DNA from: Blepharisma stoltei ATCC 30299
Lineage: Eukaryota; Protista; Ciliophora
Assembly (NCBI GenBank): GCA_965603825.1
Contig: CBFDEM010000013.1
Span: 186,001-250,000, forward strand
Direction of reading: 5' to 3'
DNA: 64,000 nucleotides
The notes under the pieces: generated by a model
Databases searched by the model: none
Seen by the model: only the letters and a program-made list of their open reading frames with translations
What the model was told of the DNA's origin: nothing
In this document: piece after piece, positions 1 through 12,626 of the stretch
How positions within the stretch are numbered: the stretch's first letter is position 1
Layout: each line of letters starts with the position of its first letter
Made by a program: the position numbers and the translations under genes

Positions 1-948
1 CCTGGATGGAGCTGGTCTTTCTCTGCCTCTTACCTTAGAAAACTCAATTCAATTAACACTGCTTCCTTCATGTCCTCTTAGATTGGATTTTGCAGCATTT
101 GTAGACCTCAGATCATAAATTTGGACTCCACCATACAAAGTTCCAATTGCTATTGTGTGGCCTTCACCATTAAAAGCGAGAGAAGTGATGGGAGCTTCAA
201 GTTCCATGGTTTTTACTACTCTGCGCTCTTGTATATCGTAGAAGTGCACTTTATGATCAAGCCCTGCTGTACACATTAGCATGTGATTGACTGATGAAAA
301 GGCTAAACCAGTGACTGGAGAGTTGTGGAAATTTGGAAAACTTGCTGTGACCGTCCTACTGTTGGCATCCCAAATGTAAACAGAGCCATTATCAGTTGCA
401 GCACCAAGGAGTTGCTTTTTAAGCTGTGAGAACTGCAGTAGCTTTATTCCTCCTGAGCCTTTTTGTTTCAAATTAGCAACAGAGACTTGTGTAAGCATAG
501 AATGCAATGCAATTTCTCCACTTAAAGATCCGCTTGCTACCTGTGTATCAGTCGCATTCCACGATACACACGATACAGAATCAGAGTGCTGCCTAACATT
601 CATAGAGACTTCTTTTTTATGTAGATCCCACACTTTTACAGTGCCATTGGCATAGCCGCTTGCAAGTAAATCACTTTTCGACGTGAATGCAATTGAATTC
701 ACAGGAGAAGGCTGCTCTTCTTTTACTTCGAAAACTCCAACTCTCTCTCCAGTCTCTGCTAATGATAGAAAAATGCTTGAATCATCTCCAGATGATGCGA
801 GAATTCGATTATTGTGATTTCACGTGACACAATTGATCTTCCCTGAGTGGTTTTGGATTCGGAGAAGAAGGTTAGAGCTGTCAAAATCGTGGGTCAGAAT
901 CACCTAGATGGAAAATACGGTGCTACATGAAGCTATTGAAGTTGACAT
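1..948 (-). CDS. NEDD1: NEDD1/GCP-WD-like WD40 protein (3' end runs off window); intron 904-918
   Basis: ATG at 948; WD40 repeats including FHNSPVTGLAFSSVNHMLMCTAGLDHKVHFYD, typical of NEDD1; TGA=Trp in CVT(W)NHNN and at 49-51. Confidence 0.75.
904..918 (-). other. 15-nt intron GTATTTTCCATCTAG
   Basis: Removes in-frame TAG; GT..AG, A at position 10. Confidence 0.8.
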
Positions 949-1502
949 TATTATTATTTTATAGAGAATTGAACAGCTTTGGCGGATGAAAACTTTTGCT
1001 CCCTAACGGAGCACAGTCATTCGTTTGATCAAAGATAAAAAATTATATATCAGTTCACGAATCTCATAATGAGGGATCAATGAAAGAAGCTGCTACAATT
1101 TTATAGCTCACATAGCTGACAGCAATAATCCCTAAATTCAATGCTTTAGATTATTCAGGGCTAAATGGCAATATAGAGTGATTTTAAAAGAGAAAATTCA
1201 TGTTTTGATATAGATACCCAAATAGCAAGAGCAGGTTTCGGGATCCATATATCGTTATCATTGACAGAAACATTTTTAATGCAACTAAACAGAGGCATAT
1301 CAATCCAATTTCTGGATTGTTTCCTGCTAAAGCTAAAAAATAAAGTTTGCTGCAATATAAATGATAAATCCTAAAATATATTTGTTTTTATATAGAATAC
1401 TGCAATTTTTGACTGAAAACTCATTTATAAGGAACTAAACGCTGGCAGATTATTATGTAGCGTATTGGACAGGATTAAATAAAGAGTAATTAAGCGATTA
1501 CA

Positions 1503-1916
1503 TTATGATCTTTCTCCTCTGATTCTTCTAGCTAGCTGCATATCTCTTGGCATAATTGTAACTCTTTTGCCGTGGATTGCACAAAGGTTAGTGTCTTCGA
1601 AGAGTCCTACAAGGTAAGCTTCTGCAGCTTCTTGGAGGGCCAGAACAGCTGAGCTCTGGAATCTGAGGTCAGTTTTATATTCTTGGGCGATTTCTCTTAC
1701 GAGTCTTTGGAAAGGAAGTTTCCTTACAAGGAGCTCAGTGCTCTTTTGATATTTCCTAATTTCTCTGAGAGCCACAGTTCCTGGTCTGAACCTGTGTGGC
1801 TTCTTGACGCCTGAGGTGGTGGCTGATACTTTCTTTGCAGCCTTGGTTGCTAGGTGTTTCTTAGGTGTTTTTCCTGCTGACGTGGTCTTTCTTGCGGTTT
1901 GTTTAGTTCTTGCCAT
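1503..1916 (-). CDS. H3: Histone H3 (divergent N-terminal tail)
   Basis: ARTKQTARK...[25 protein letters not shown]...RRIRGER. Confidence 0.99.
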   Translation of the reverse strand: MARTKQTARKTTSAGKTPKKHLATKAAKKVSATTSGVKKPHRFRPGTVALREIRKYQKSTELLVRKLPFQRLVREIAQEYKTDLRFQSSAVLALQEAAEAYLVGLFEDTNLCAIHGKRVTIMPRDMQLARRIRGERS

Positions 1917-2109
1917 TTAATACAACCTTTTATCCTCCAATGGCATTATATATACAAAATTTATCTCAATTTTCTACAATCTGCCTTCTGATAGGCCAAA
2001 ACACAAAATCTTAGAAAATTGCAAAGCAGCCAATGAAATGGCAGATATAAGAAAAGGAGGATAAAAGTCTGATATAAAAGACCAAATGGAAGAAAAAGGT
2101 TAATAAATC
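1917..2109. promoter_or_regulatory. Bidirectional H3/H4 promoter with mirrored GGAGGATAAAAG motif (1927-1938 on -, 2056-2067 on +) and CCAAT pentamers
   Basis: 193-bp head-to-head spacer; perfect 12-bp inverted pair. Confidence 0.6.
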
Positions 2110-2427
2110 ATGGGAGGAAAAGGTGGAAAAGGAGGAAAAGGACTAGGAAAAGTCGGAGCAAAGAAGAGACATAGGAGAGTTATAAGAGAAAACATCCAAG
2201 GCATTACTAAGCCTGCCATCAGAAGATTGGCAAGAAGAGGAGGTGTTAAAAGACTCTCTGGACTTGTCTATGATGAAACAAGAAATGTACTTAAAGTATT
2301 TTTGGAAGGCGTCGTAAGAGACGCTGTAACCTACACTGAACACGCCAGGAGAAAGACTGTAACTGCACTTGATGTAGTCTATGCTCTTAAGAGACAAGGA
2401 AGGACACTTTACGGATTCGGAGGTTAA
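2110..2427 (+). CDS. H4: Histone H4 (ciliate-type N-terminus)
   Basis: [21 protein letters not shown]...[12 protein letters not shown]. Confidence 0.99.
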   Translation: MGGKGGKGGKGLGKVGAKKRHRRVIRENIQGITKPAIRRLARRGGVKRLSGLVYDETRNVLKVFLEGVVRDAVTYTEHARRKTVTALDVVYALKRQGRTLYGFGG

Positions 2428-2494
2428 TCTAATGCTAATTCAGTTTAACTAAAATTTTGATTGTTAAATGAAAATAAATTTCTTGCATTAAAAT

Positions 2495-5182
2495 ATGAGT
2501 TATACCGAAATCTGTGACAAATTCGAGACTGCAGCAGTTCACGTCCGCTCCGGCACAGCAATCGGTTCACATCTCTGCACTTTTTTCAAGAGCTACAAGA
2601 AGTCGCTAGATTTATTTTCTCAACAAATTCTAAAACATGTAGAAAATTTATCAACAGAGCTCCCAAAAGACGCCCAAAACTCCACACTTATCCCAGCACT
2701 AGGAGCATTTGCGGCTCATTTTAAAAGGATTCTAAATCAGCAGACTTCACTTTCGAGGTCTATTCAATTAGAAATTATTGACCCTCTTGACGCTTTTATT
2801 TTGCAACTTAATACATCAAACTCTCAGTGTGTCAGCAAAGGGGCACCGACGTATAGACAATTGCTAAAGGCAAAGCAGAAGATGGAAAAGCTTAAAAATA
2901 AGCATTTCATTTCTGGCGAAAAAGCAGAAACTGCAGAAGCCATGATTTCAATTGATGCAACTCCTGAGCGGCAGCTGAAAATGCAAAAGCAGGCGAATTA
3001 CTATAGGCTCTTAGCAAACCGCGCTTCTGAAACATATGAGAAATCAGTCCACGACGCAAATTTGTGCTGAAACAAGTACGACTCGATAATCCCAGGAATC
3101 ATGGTATCTCTGCAGCAAAATGAAGAAAGCAGAATCCATTTCATTAAATACACCCTTGAAAAGTACTCAAAACACCATAGCAGCTTCCAATCAATTTTAA
3201 AAAGCATTTTTACTGAGTTTGACATACAATTAGCCAATATTAACAGCGAAATTGACGTAACCTCGTTTGTCGAAGCAAATAAGTCGAAAAGATATAAAAA
3301 CAGAGAAGAGTTTATAAGCTATGAAAGGTGGAAAAAAATGAGTCTGGAGAGCAGAATTGAAGAAGAGAAATTAAATGAGTCTTATGAGAACTTAGAAGAG
3401 TCAGTAGTTATTGCAGACGAAGACCCAGATTTAGAGCTTGTGAACACTGTGCTTGATTTTTTGGTGCCTAACAGCAGAATCTTTACTGAAGAAGCAGAGG
3501 ATTTAAATGCTGAAAAACCTGAAGAGAAAAATTTAGACGCAAATTACTATGCAAATCTTTCAGAGCTGCTACACTCCCAAGAAGGCAGAGAACTATTTAT
3601 TGATTCTTTAGAAATCCGGAAATCAAGTGAACCTGTTGGGTACTCAAAAATCACACAATTAGCGGCTCTTATTAAAAGCTTGCTTACAATGATGATGATT
3701 GAAGACGACAGAGACCCAAATATTATTACCAAAATAGTCACTATTTCTCACGAGTTTTTCACTGAAGACGAGTCAGGTAAAAAACTGTTTTTGTCAAGCT
3801 TTATATGTTCTCATAATATTTGGGCAGATAGAACACGGTGGGAAAGTGCCATTGAATTTGCAATTCAGTCAAAAATTGAAGCTGATATGGAATCTCTCGC
3901 CAAACAGAGAAGGCGAAATAGACGGTGGAGTAGCATTTTCACTACCATTAAGCAGCTTTTCCAAAAGGATTTGTCACAGGAGCGGGAAAAGTCAACAGCA
4001 TTTTTGATAGTCAGCCAGTTTAATTTCCATATGATTCAAATGGGAGTTTCCCATGACACAATAAATTCTATTATTTTGGCTGTATGCCAAGACGTGAACT
4101 TGGATTCAGAAAGGACATGCATTTTGCTATCTGAAGTTATAGGAACCAAAAATCTAAACGGAAAAATTTTCGAGCCTAGAAAAGTTTCATCATTAGAAAT
4201 TAGGAATAAAGAAAGACTGAAATTTGGGGTATTGTTACCTATAGGGCTAGCCATTGATTTTCTAGATCCATTAGAGTGTACTACAATAGTGCTTGTCTGT
4301 AAAAAATGAAAAGAAGTGCTGTATAGACATATCATTAAAAAATGACTAACAGAATGAGATATTTCGGAAGGGAAAAGAAAATGCTTAAGAACATATGCGT
4401 GGGCTGAACTTTTGAATGCCCATTTACGACCTGTGGAGTACTCTCTTTTCTATGATAAATTGTCTGCTCCATCACTTACATTAAAAAAATACGAAGAAAT
4501 AATCACTATGGACGTAGCCAGGTCATTCCAAAGCAACCATATTGTTGACGAAAAATCCCTATCAAATATCTTAAAGTCATACGTCCTTTATAATCCTGAA
4601 GTAGGCTACTGTCAAGGGATGAACTTTTTAGCTGGGACTTTGCTTTCCCAAATTCAAGACGAAGAATTAACGTTTAAGTGCCTGGTTGGGATGATTGAGA
4701 GGTTCCAAATGAGCAATTTATATATTCACTCACTACCAAAACTTAAACAATTTTTTTATATGCTGGACAGGATGATAGGGATTTTTTTGCCAGAAATTCA
4801 TGAGCAGTTTAAAATAATTGGGTTATGCTCCAGTCACTTTAGTGCCCCATGATTTATTACTATGTTTGCAAGTACCCTTTTGGGTAAATTTGATATTTTG
4901 TATCCACTATGGGATTTGTTTTTATTGGAAGGGTGAAAAGTGATTTTTAAAGCGTCTATGGCGATATTGAAGAAAGTGTCGCAGGAAATGTCAGGGAAAC
5001 AGTATGAAGATATCATGTATTTATTGGCAAATATTCATTCTGCTTCGTGCCCAATTAGAGTATTTGATGATCAATTTTTGCAGGAAGTTAAAGATATGGA
5101 GATCTCCAATGCATTGCTGAGAGACTTAGAATCAGAGTATGAGCATTTAAAAATCAGAGCGTATAATAGAAGTACAAAATAA
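2495..5182 (+). CDS. F-BAR-like N-terminus + Rab-GAP TBC domain protein (~895 aa)
   Basis: Four ORF pieces in one frame joined by TGA=Trp; TBC motifs IITMDVARSF and YNPEVGYCQGMNFLAG; helical BAR-like N-terminus (LQQNEESRIHFIK). Confidence 0.8.
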
Positions 5183-5322
5183 CAAAATTCTTAAATAATT
5201 AATTAGTAGCAAATATTTCAAAGCAACTAGAATGGCGCTTAAGAATGAATAAATAATTATAGATATGCATGTCTATTCCAAGACCTTTAATGTAAAAATT
5301 TTATGGTGTTCATATTTTATTT

Positions 5323-6501
5323 ATGCTAAGGCAGCTCTTTAGAAATTTTTCAAGTAAAATCCCAGGATTTGCCACAGGCGCTGGAACAGAACAGTATTCA
5401 TTTAGAAACCAAAAAGTTGTTGAGTCTCATTGGAGAACATCATATCAAGGTTTAGTCCACTCAAGCTTAGGAATCGGCACTTATATGGGCGCTCCAGATG
5501 ATGAGACTGACCAGCTCGTAAAAGATGCGATCGTTCAAAGTGTGACAAGTGGCACAGTAAATGTCATTGACACAGCAATAAATTATAGATACCAAAAAGC
5601 AGAAAGAGCTGTCGGCAAGGCCATTTCTCACTTAATCCAAGAAAACTTCAAAAGAGAAGAGCTTTTTGTTGCCTCAAAAATCGGCTATATCCCAGAAGAC
5701 GCTGACAATGGAATCCCAGGCCAAGCTGTTATCGAAGACCTAAAAACCAAAAACTTGCTCACAAATGACGATGTGGTTGGAGGAATTCATTGCATGCACC
5801 CAGCATTTTTAGAAGACCAGCTTGAAAGAAGTCTCAATAATTTAGGCCTTGAAACTCTTGATCTGCTATACATTCACAATGCTGCTGAATCTCAATTGCC
5901 ATTAATCCATGAAGAAAAATTTTTAGAAAGACTAGCAAAAGCATTCGAATTTTGTGAGAAAAAAAGACAAGATGGAAAAATCGTCAGCTATGGAATGGCA
6001 TCATGAATTTGTTTCAGATCTCCTCCTACAGAAAAAGATTTGCATGTTTCTCTTGAACAAATAGTACAAATGGCTGAACGAGTTGGAGGAAATGACCATG
6101 GGTTTAGATACATCCAAGTTCCTATTAATATCGCAATGCCTGAAGCATTTGTATACAGATGGCAAATGATTGAAGGTAGCGAGCATATTTTGCTTAATGT
6201 TGCTAAAAAACTGAGAATTAATATCATGGTAAGCTCACCCCTTTTACAAGGTAAAATCTTAGAACTGAAGCTGTCAAGAAGTATGCTTGGAATTGAGCTG
6301 CAAGCTGCAAAGCACGTACAATTAATCCGATCAATACCTTCAGAATCAATCAAATCAGTTCTTATAGGCATGAAAACCCCCAGAAACGTTACCATGAACA
6401 CACAAATAGGTTTTGTTGAAAGCTTGAACAGAGAAGAGTTCTGGCACATATTGAAACCTGAAGGCAAAGAAGATGCCCCAGTCACAATTGATTTATGGTA
6501 A
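5323..6501 (+). CDS. Aldo/keto reductase, probable mitochondrial presequence (~392 aa)
   Basis: SSLGIGTY, IDTAINY, REELFVASKIG, SLNNLGLETLDLLYIHN; one TGA=Trp at 6004. Confidence 0.88.
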
Positions 6502-6537
6502 TAAATAGTTACGATAATTATATAATCTACAATCTTA

Positions 6538-7890
6538 CTAAAAAATTTGACAATTATTGCTTCTTGGAGTTTTTTGTGTAGGCTTGGTGCTATCTGTCTC
6601 CGTATAAGTGATTTTTGCTTTCCTGATTATTTCTCGGTTTTTTATTTCAGGCATTTTTGATTTCGGAGTGATATTAAGGTCTGCCGTTATGTCTAGCGAG
6701 TTTTCATCACATGGGTGCTCTTCAAAAACTGCGTCATTTTGACTTTTTGGAGAAAAAATGTGGGGATTTGCCTTAGGAGTTGAAACTCTCAGTTCTCTTG
6801 TTAGAGTCCTGGAGAGCTCTTCAGGGTCAGTGAAGTCAGGAGATTTTGTTGGAATCATCGTGCGCGACCTTTGCTTCTGTTTTTGCATCCGTGTGAGTTC
6901 TTTTGTGATGCTGGCGTTAGCGTCTAACAGTCTAAAGGTGCTTTCTATATGTGTTTTTGATTTTGCCTCAGTTTTTTGAGTCAGCAAGGACTTTCGCTTT
7001 AATCTCCCAGGCTTTTTAGTTTCTTCTTTATTTAATCACACAAAATAGTTTTCAGCGACTTTTTCTTTATTCCTGATATCTTCAAGCAGGGATTTTAAAT
7101 AGAAGTAATCTGGGGTTTCTTCAAATCGAAGATTCCTCACATAATTTAAGAATACCTCGAAATTGTGTGGACAGCATTCACATAAATCAGTAACAGTAAT
7201 TCCTGATTTTATATTTAAAACTTGCTGCCACCTATTCGCACTGGTTGTTTTTGATGTGTGACTTCAAGGTAAAGAACCTTTGTACATATAAATTAACATA
7301 TAAGCTAATGATTCTAAATCATCTCTGCGACTTTGCCGGAGTCCAGTGTGATCATTTAGAGATGCAAAGGTTGAGTTTCCTACTTTTGAGCAGTGGTTTT
7401 GGAAAGCTAGATGATGATTATCGTAGACGTATTTCTGTGAAAGCCCAAAATCAACCAGATAAATAGACTTTTCGTCAAGAGATAATAGGAACTGCTGGGG
7501 TTTTATATCACGATGAATATACCCTTTATGATGAATATACTCAAGCCTTGAGAGAATTTGTAAAGCAACAGAAACTGTTGTACCTATGTCAAATTTTCCA
7601 CCTTGCTCTTTTTGAATGCTGCCTAAGTTTTTTCCTAGTAACTGCATGACCATGTAGCTGATGTCCTCATTTCTGCCTGATTCATATAATTTTGGGATTC
7701 CTTCACCTCCTTGGAGCGCAGAGAGTATTTTTGCTTCAAGCACAACTTGATTTTTTCTGGTTATATCAATTTTGATAGCTACATACCTGTTATGCTTTAA
7801 ATCTTTGGCCTTATAAACTTCGCCGAATCCTCCTGATCCAAGAACACTTTCTATGCGATATTTTTCCAAAAATATATCGTTTTCTTTCAT
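6538..7890 (-). CDS. Casein kinase 1 family kinase (~450 aa), atypical catalytic loop
   Basis: GSGGFGEVY, VAIK, HRDIKPQQF, DFGLS, QSRRDDLESLAY, SLP(W=TGA), LRFEETPDY. Confidence 0.9.
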
Positions 7891-8478
7891 TATTTCTCGT
7901 TTTATATGGATATTGATTAATTTACAGTAAGATATCGAATGATTAATGAGAATTTTTTGTTAAAATTTCATTATTTAGAAAATTCGTGAGTTAGGTTTTT
8001 GATTTTTTAGATTTATGGATTTAAATATACTTAATGAAAAGGACCGATTAGTAATCTTTATTAATTTATTTTTTGGATATATATGAATACTCGAAACATT
8101 TTTCATTAATATTATCAATTACTTCAAATTTTGGGCAATTTAAATGCTGTTAATGTTTTTAAAATAAAAATCACATTCTATTGAATCTTTCATTATTTGA
8201 TTTCTATAAAAATAATTTTCTCTCACTGAATTTAAAAATTTTAGTGACAGCTTGCTATTTCTTATTAAACTTAAATGATAAAGCCTCGTTTTATTAAATT
8301 ATTTACAATTAATTTTTAAAAATAAATCTATTATTTGTATTAACACTCTTTGAGAGAAACGCGGATCTTCTAAAATCTTTATTTATGGATTAAAATGTGA
8401 TGAATGATCTAAACCTTATATATAAATTATTCAAGTCCAATTATAATACAAATTTCATTGTTAAGAAACCAATTATTC

Positions 8479-9192
8479 TTATGGAATCTTTCCTTTAGCA
8501 ATATAAATAATCGCATCTGAAAAATTTCCTGTTAACTTGAGAGCATTGGTTGCTTCAAATCTGGAAGCTCTGGTATGTCTCATAACAATCAAAACATCAT
8601 ATTCATTTACTTCCGAGTCTTCATTTTCATCACGCTGACTTTTTCTAGACTTTTTGTTTTCAACTTTATAGTCATCTTTCTTTTCTTCTATCATCTCCTG
8701 CTTTTTCTTATTTCATTCTAATTCAATTTCTAATTCTTCTAAAATCCTATCATAGTAGCGCTCAAATATATCGATTGTATTGTAGTCAATATTGGGTTTC
8801 AGCTGCTCTAAAGCTTCTTTAAATGCTTCAATTGTATCATTGGAGATTGCTAAAATAGAAATTTTTGATAATTTTTGCACATCACTAATAGAAATCTTAG
8901 ATTGTTTGTCAACTTTAGCAGCAGCTATTCATTTCTTCACAGACTTTTCTAACTTATCAATTTCATTTATTGATGAAGTGATTTGGTCTTGCAAAATTCG
9001 GATCCTTTCATTTAAATGTTTGCACAGGATTTGTTTGCTTGTATTAAGAGATTTCTTAAACTCATACAATTCACTTATAAGGTCAATCTGGGGAGTCGGC
9101 TTTTGAAATTCCTTTGAGTTTCAGTTGCCAATTGATTCGTCAATATCTAAAATATGAGAATCAATATTAGAGACATGCTGATCACGCTCCAT
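8479..9192 (-). CDS. Coiled-coil protein with C-terminal UBA-like (NAC-alpha/HYPK-type) domain
   Basis: Open from ATG 9192 with TGA=Trp; EYDVLIVMRHTRASRFEATNALKLTGNFSDAI resembles NAC UBA. Confidence 0.55.
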
Positions 9193-10212
9193 GACAATTG
9201 AATTATAAACAATCACTATTCTACAATAATGCTCCTATAATATACTTATGCTATCGAAAAGTTATTTAGTAGAATCGCCAAAGGTTTTCAAACCCCTGAT
9301 CATGATATGTCAGCCCAACTCATGAAGCTGTCTTGGAAACATTCATTATAAAAGCAACTCTGCAGTTGCACAAAAGCATAGCTGAGGCAAATTGGGTTAA
9401 AATGGCTTGAAAGTGTAGAAACTAAATTTCAGTTGCTATAAATGAAAATTAAAAAGTTTGACAATAAAATATTAGTTGTTAACCAATTATGGTGGCTGAT
9501 TGATTTGTGATTCGCAGATGCCTTTTTCCCTTCCTTAAGGTTTCAATTATAGAATTTTGAATAAGAAGCCATCACATGAGCATGCTATGATTAGTATATT
9601 TTAATTGCTTTAGACAGATGCATATTACTTATATTTTTTCACTATCGTCTTATTAGTCTATTTCTTTATTAATTTTGCAAACCAAATTCCTAACAAATTT
9701 GTTATGCCTCTATTTATGTCACATGCAGTTTACCAAAGGAGCAGATTTTTATTTTGCATGATAGTAGAACACCAAGCTTTGGCTATAATGATATGAATAT
9801 TCATTGGGAGTATAATTTTTAACTTTCTATTATAAAAAAATTAAGTTGTTATTTGTTTTTCTTTGAAGTAGAACTCTGGAAATAAGCGTAAAGTCTATAG
9901 CACTGTTTATAAATATAGAAATATAAGGATAGCAATCGATATAGGTTACTCAACAAATAAATACATAAAAATATGCAACAATAAAGGCCAGAATAAAGCT
10001 AAATAAGATCTAATCCATAGATTTTCAAATCTTAATTTAAAACGAAATCATTAAAACTAAATATAAATTTACTAGCGTTTTAATGAATTTTAAATTTAAA
10101 TTTGTAACAATTAAATATAAATCTTTATGGTCCACTCCATATCCAAAGTTTCGCTTCTCACAATAGTATAAACTCCAATTTTTAGTAAAATTGCAGTAAT
10201 GTATACTAATTA

Positions 10213-10593
10213 ATGGAGAGCAAACGCCATCAAACTTCTATAAGTCTTCTCGGACTTGAATCAAAAACTTTTTTTCCGCCTCCCGCTCGCATTAAGTCTA
10301 AAAAATCTCAATCTCTTAGCAATTTCCGATCATTTTTCAAATCCAAAAAAGATCATCCTTCCAATGAAAATTTTCCAAGTTCTGAACTATTCCCAAAAAC
10401 TGGCTCAGAAATTTCAAAAAAGTCTAACCTCGATAATCACACCTCAAACCCTTCATCAGAAATAATAATCGAATGCACTCACGAATATACCCGAATTTTC
10501 AACAATAAGCTGTCAGAAATGATGGACTATCACAAGGAAACAATCTTAAAACTAATAAACGACGACCCTCTTGACGGTAATCAAGACTTCTAA
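10213..10593 (+). CDS. Hypothetical protein (126 aa)
   Basis: ATG after AT-rich leader, TAA stop, coding-like composition; no family recognised. Confidence 0.5.
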   Translation: MESKRHQTSISLLGLESKTFFPPPARIKSKKSQSLSNFRSFFKSKKDHPSNENFPSSELFPKTGSEISKKSNLDNHTSNPSSEIIIECTHEYTRIFNNKLSEMMDYHKETILKLINDDPLDGNQDF

Positions 10594-10688
10594 AATAAGC
10601 TTAAAAACATGTCAGAAATTATTTCGGCTAAGTTTGTTTATAATATTTCATATTCTATTTCATGATTCGAATTTCAATTTAAATTTAA

Positions 10689-11654
10689 ATGGCATCTTCA
10701 GAAGAATTCACGCCAAAATCCAGCAGGAATAATAGAAAATACTCATGAAGCACAGACGAATCAAAAAGCATTGAGCTCAAAACAGGCCCATGGACAGCTG
10801 AAGAAGACCAAATGGTCATGAAACTTGTCAATAAAAACGGCCCTCAGAAGTGGAGTTTTATAGCAAAGCACTTGCCAGGGAGGATAGGGAAACAGTGCAG
10901 AGAGAGATGGCACAACCATTTGAACCCGAATATAAGAAAAGACACATGGACTGAAGAAGAAGAATGAATCCTTTTTCTGTATCATAAAATCATGGGCAAC
11001 AGGTGGGCGGAAATTGCAAAAATATTGAAAGGGAGGACAGATAATTCAATAAAAAACCATTGAAATTCGTCAATGAAAAAATTGGTCCCTGATTTCAATG
11101 TGAGATACAACACACTTATGAAGCTTCATGGGCATTGTGACTCTTCGCATATCTGCAATGAGCATTCTAATGAAGAAATCGGAAAACGCAAAAGAGGTAG
11201 AAGGTCTTCAAATGAAGCATCTGAGCTGCCGAATGTACCATGCTTGCAAGCACACAATCAAGTTTTGTCTGAAGCTTTGGAAGTTTATCAGCAGAGCTTG
11301 ATGAGCTGTGGAAGAGAAGAAGAAAACAGCCAATTCACTCCGCTTCCAAAGAAAAAAAGAAAAATTGCTGATTCCACGCCTTCTTGTAGCAAGTTTAATG
11401 AGTATGCAGAAATTGATGATACAGGCTACATCTATACACCAATTGTTTCCCCACCGAAAAACCAATATTTCAAATTTTCATACCCTTCATATACAAATGA
11501 AAAATGTGATACATGCACTAGCAGCAATGTCAATTCATACAGTTTGAGGACTCCTGAAAACTTCAAGTCGCCATATTCAGAACTATTTGAAAGCCCAAGC
11601 TTTATGCTAAATTTTGATACCAGTCCTGAAGCAAATAGAAAGATTAATATTTAA
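10689..11654 (+). CDS. R2R3-type Myb transcription factor (~321 aa)
   Basis: GPWTAEED...[27 protein letters not shown]...WTEEEE...[22 protein letters not shown](W=TGA)NS; the Myb domain is missing from the ORF track. Confidence 0.93.
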
Positions 11655-11715
11655 TAATTCACAATTTTATGTCCAATATATAGGGTTTTCATCTAATTTT
11701 ATTGTAATTTTTAAA

Positions 11716-12588
11716 TTATTTCTTTTCAACGACATCCAGACTATGAAAAATCACCCATTTGCCTGACTCACTCAGCACAGCACATAACTCAATTTTTCTG
11801 TTATCAATCTGCCTCTTAAACTCCAAGACTTGTCCAGGGCCTTGCAGCTGATTTGCAAACACTCTTTGGTCACTCAGAACCCTCGTTTCTTCTTTGCTTT
11901 TTAGCACATGTGGCTCAACCTCTAGCAATTGGTTTAGCAAGTCATTCCATTTATCCCCAGTCCTTTCTTCCCATCTAGAATAAGGCTCAGCTACAAATTT
12001 GTCCACATCTTCAGGAATCCCAACCAAGTTTTTGGTGAATTGTTCTTTCCAAGTTTTTTTCTCACCTGAAAACGCCTTTTTAAACTCAGCAATAAGCCCG
12101 CTTCCGATCTTTTTTAATGCGAAGACTTTGCGCTCTTCTTCATATTCAGCTTTAAGCCGCTTTTGGACTGTGGAATCATAAGTCCCATTGACAAAAATTC
12201 CTTTTCAGTCTACACCATATGGGTCTGTGTAAATGCCTTCTCCATGCATTCGGTGGTTTTCCCATTGTCCTACGTATTTAGCTCCGTTTGGGAATTGATA
12301 GGTACCATGGCCGTGCTGTTTTCCTTGAAACCAGTCTCCTTCGTATATAGCTCCTGAAATATATTTATAGACGCCATATCCATGCATTTGGTCATTTTCT
12401 CATTGACCTTCATATTCTTCGGTTAATTTTGATTCTTCGTTTTGAGGGTTCAAGGCATGAAGGAATTTCCCATGTCCGTGGCGTTTTTTGGCTTTATCGA
12501 TAATTTCCCATTGCCCCACATATACGTCACCATTCATATAGTCGAATTCTCCATGACCAGAAAGTTCTATTTCTTGAGACTCTGTCAT
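11716..12588 (-). CDS. MORN-repeat protein (~290 aa)
   Basis: YxGxW...HGxG repeats; repeat Trp at 12400 and 12205 encoded by TGA. Confidence 0.88.
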
Positions 12589-12626
12589 TTTTATAATGAT
12601 TATTAAACAAGCATATTTAATTCATA

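Noticed and set aside
1080-1370. Coding-like stretch between NEDD1 and H3 (RFRDPYIVI, vaguely retro-integrase-like; ORF 1161-1355)
   Set aside because: Multiple TAA/TAG stops and no convincing motif; at most a decayed fragment
9290-9420. Possible decayed Cys-rich Zn-finger exon upstream of the UBA gene
   Set aside because: Stops in the frames examined; no coherent ORF can be rebuilt
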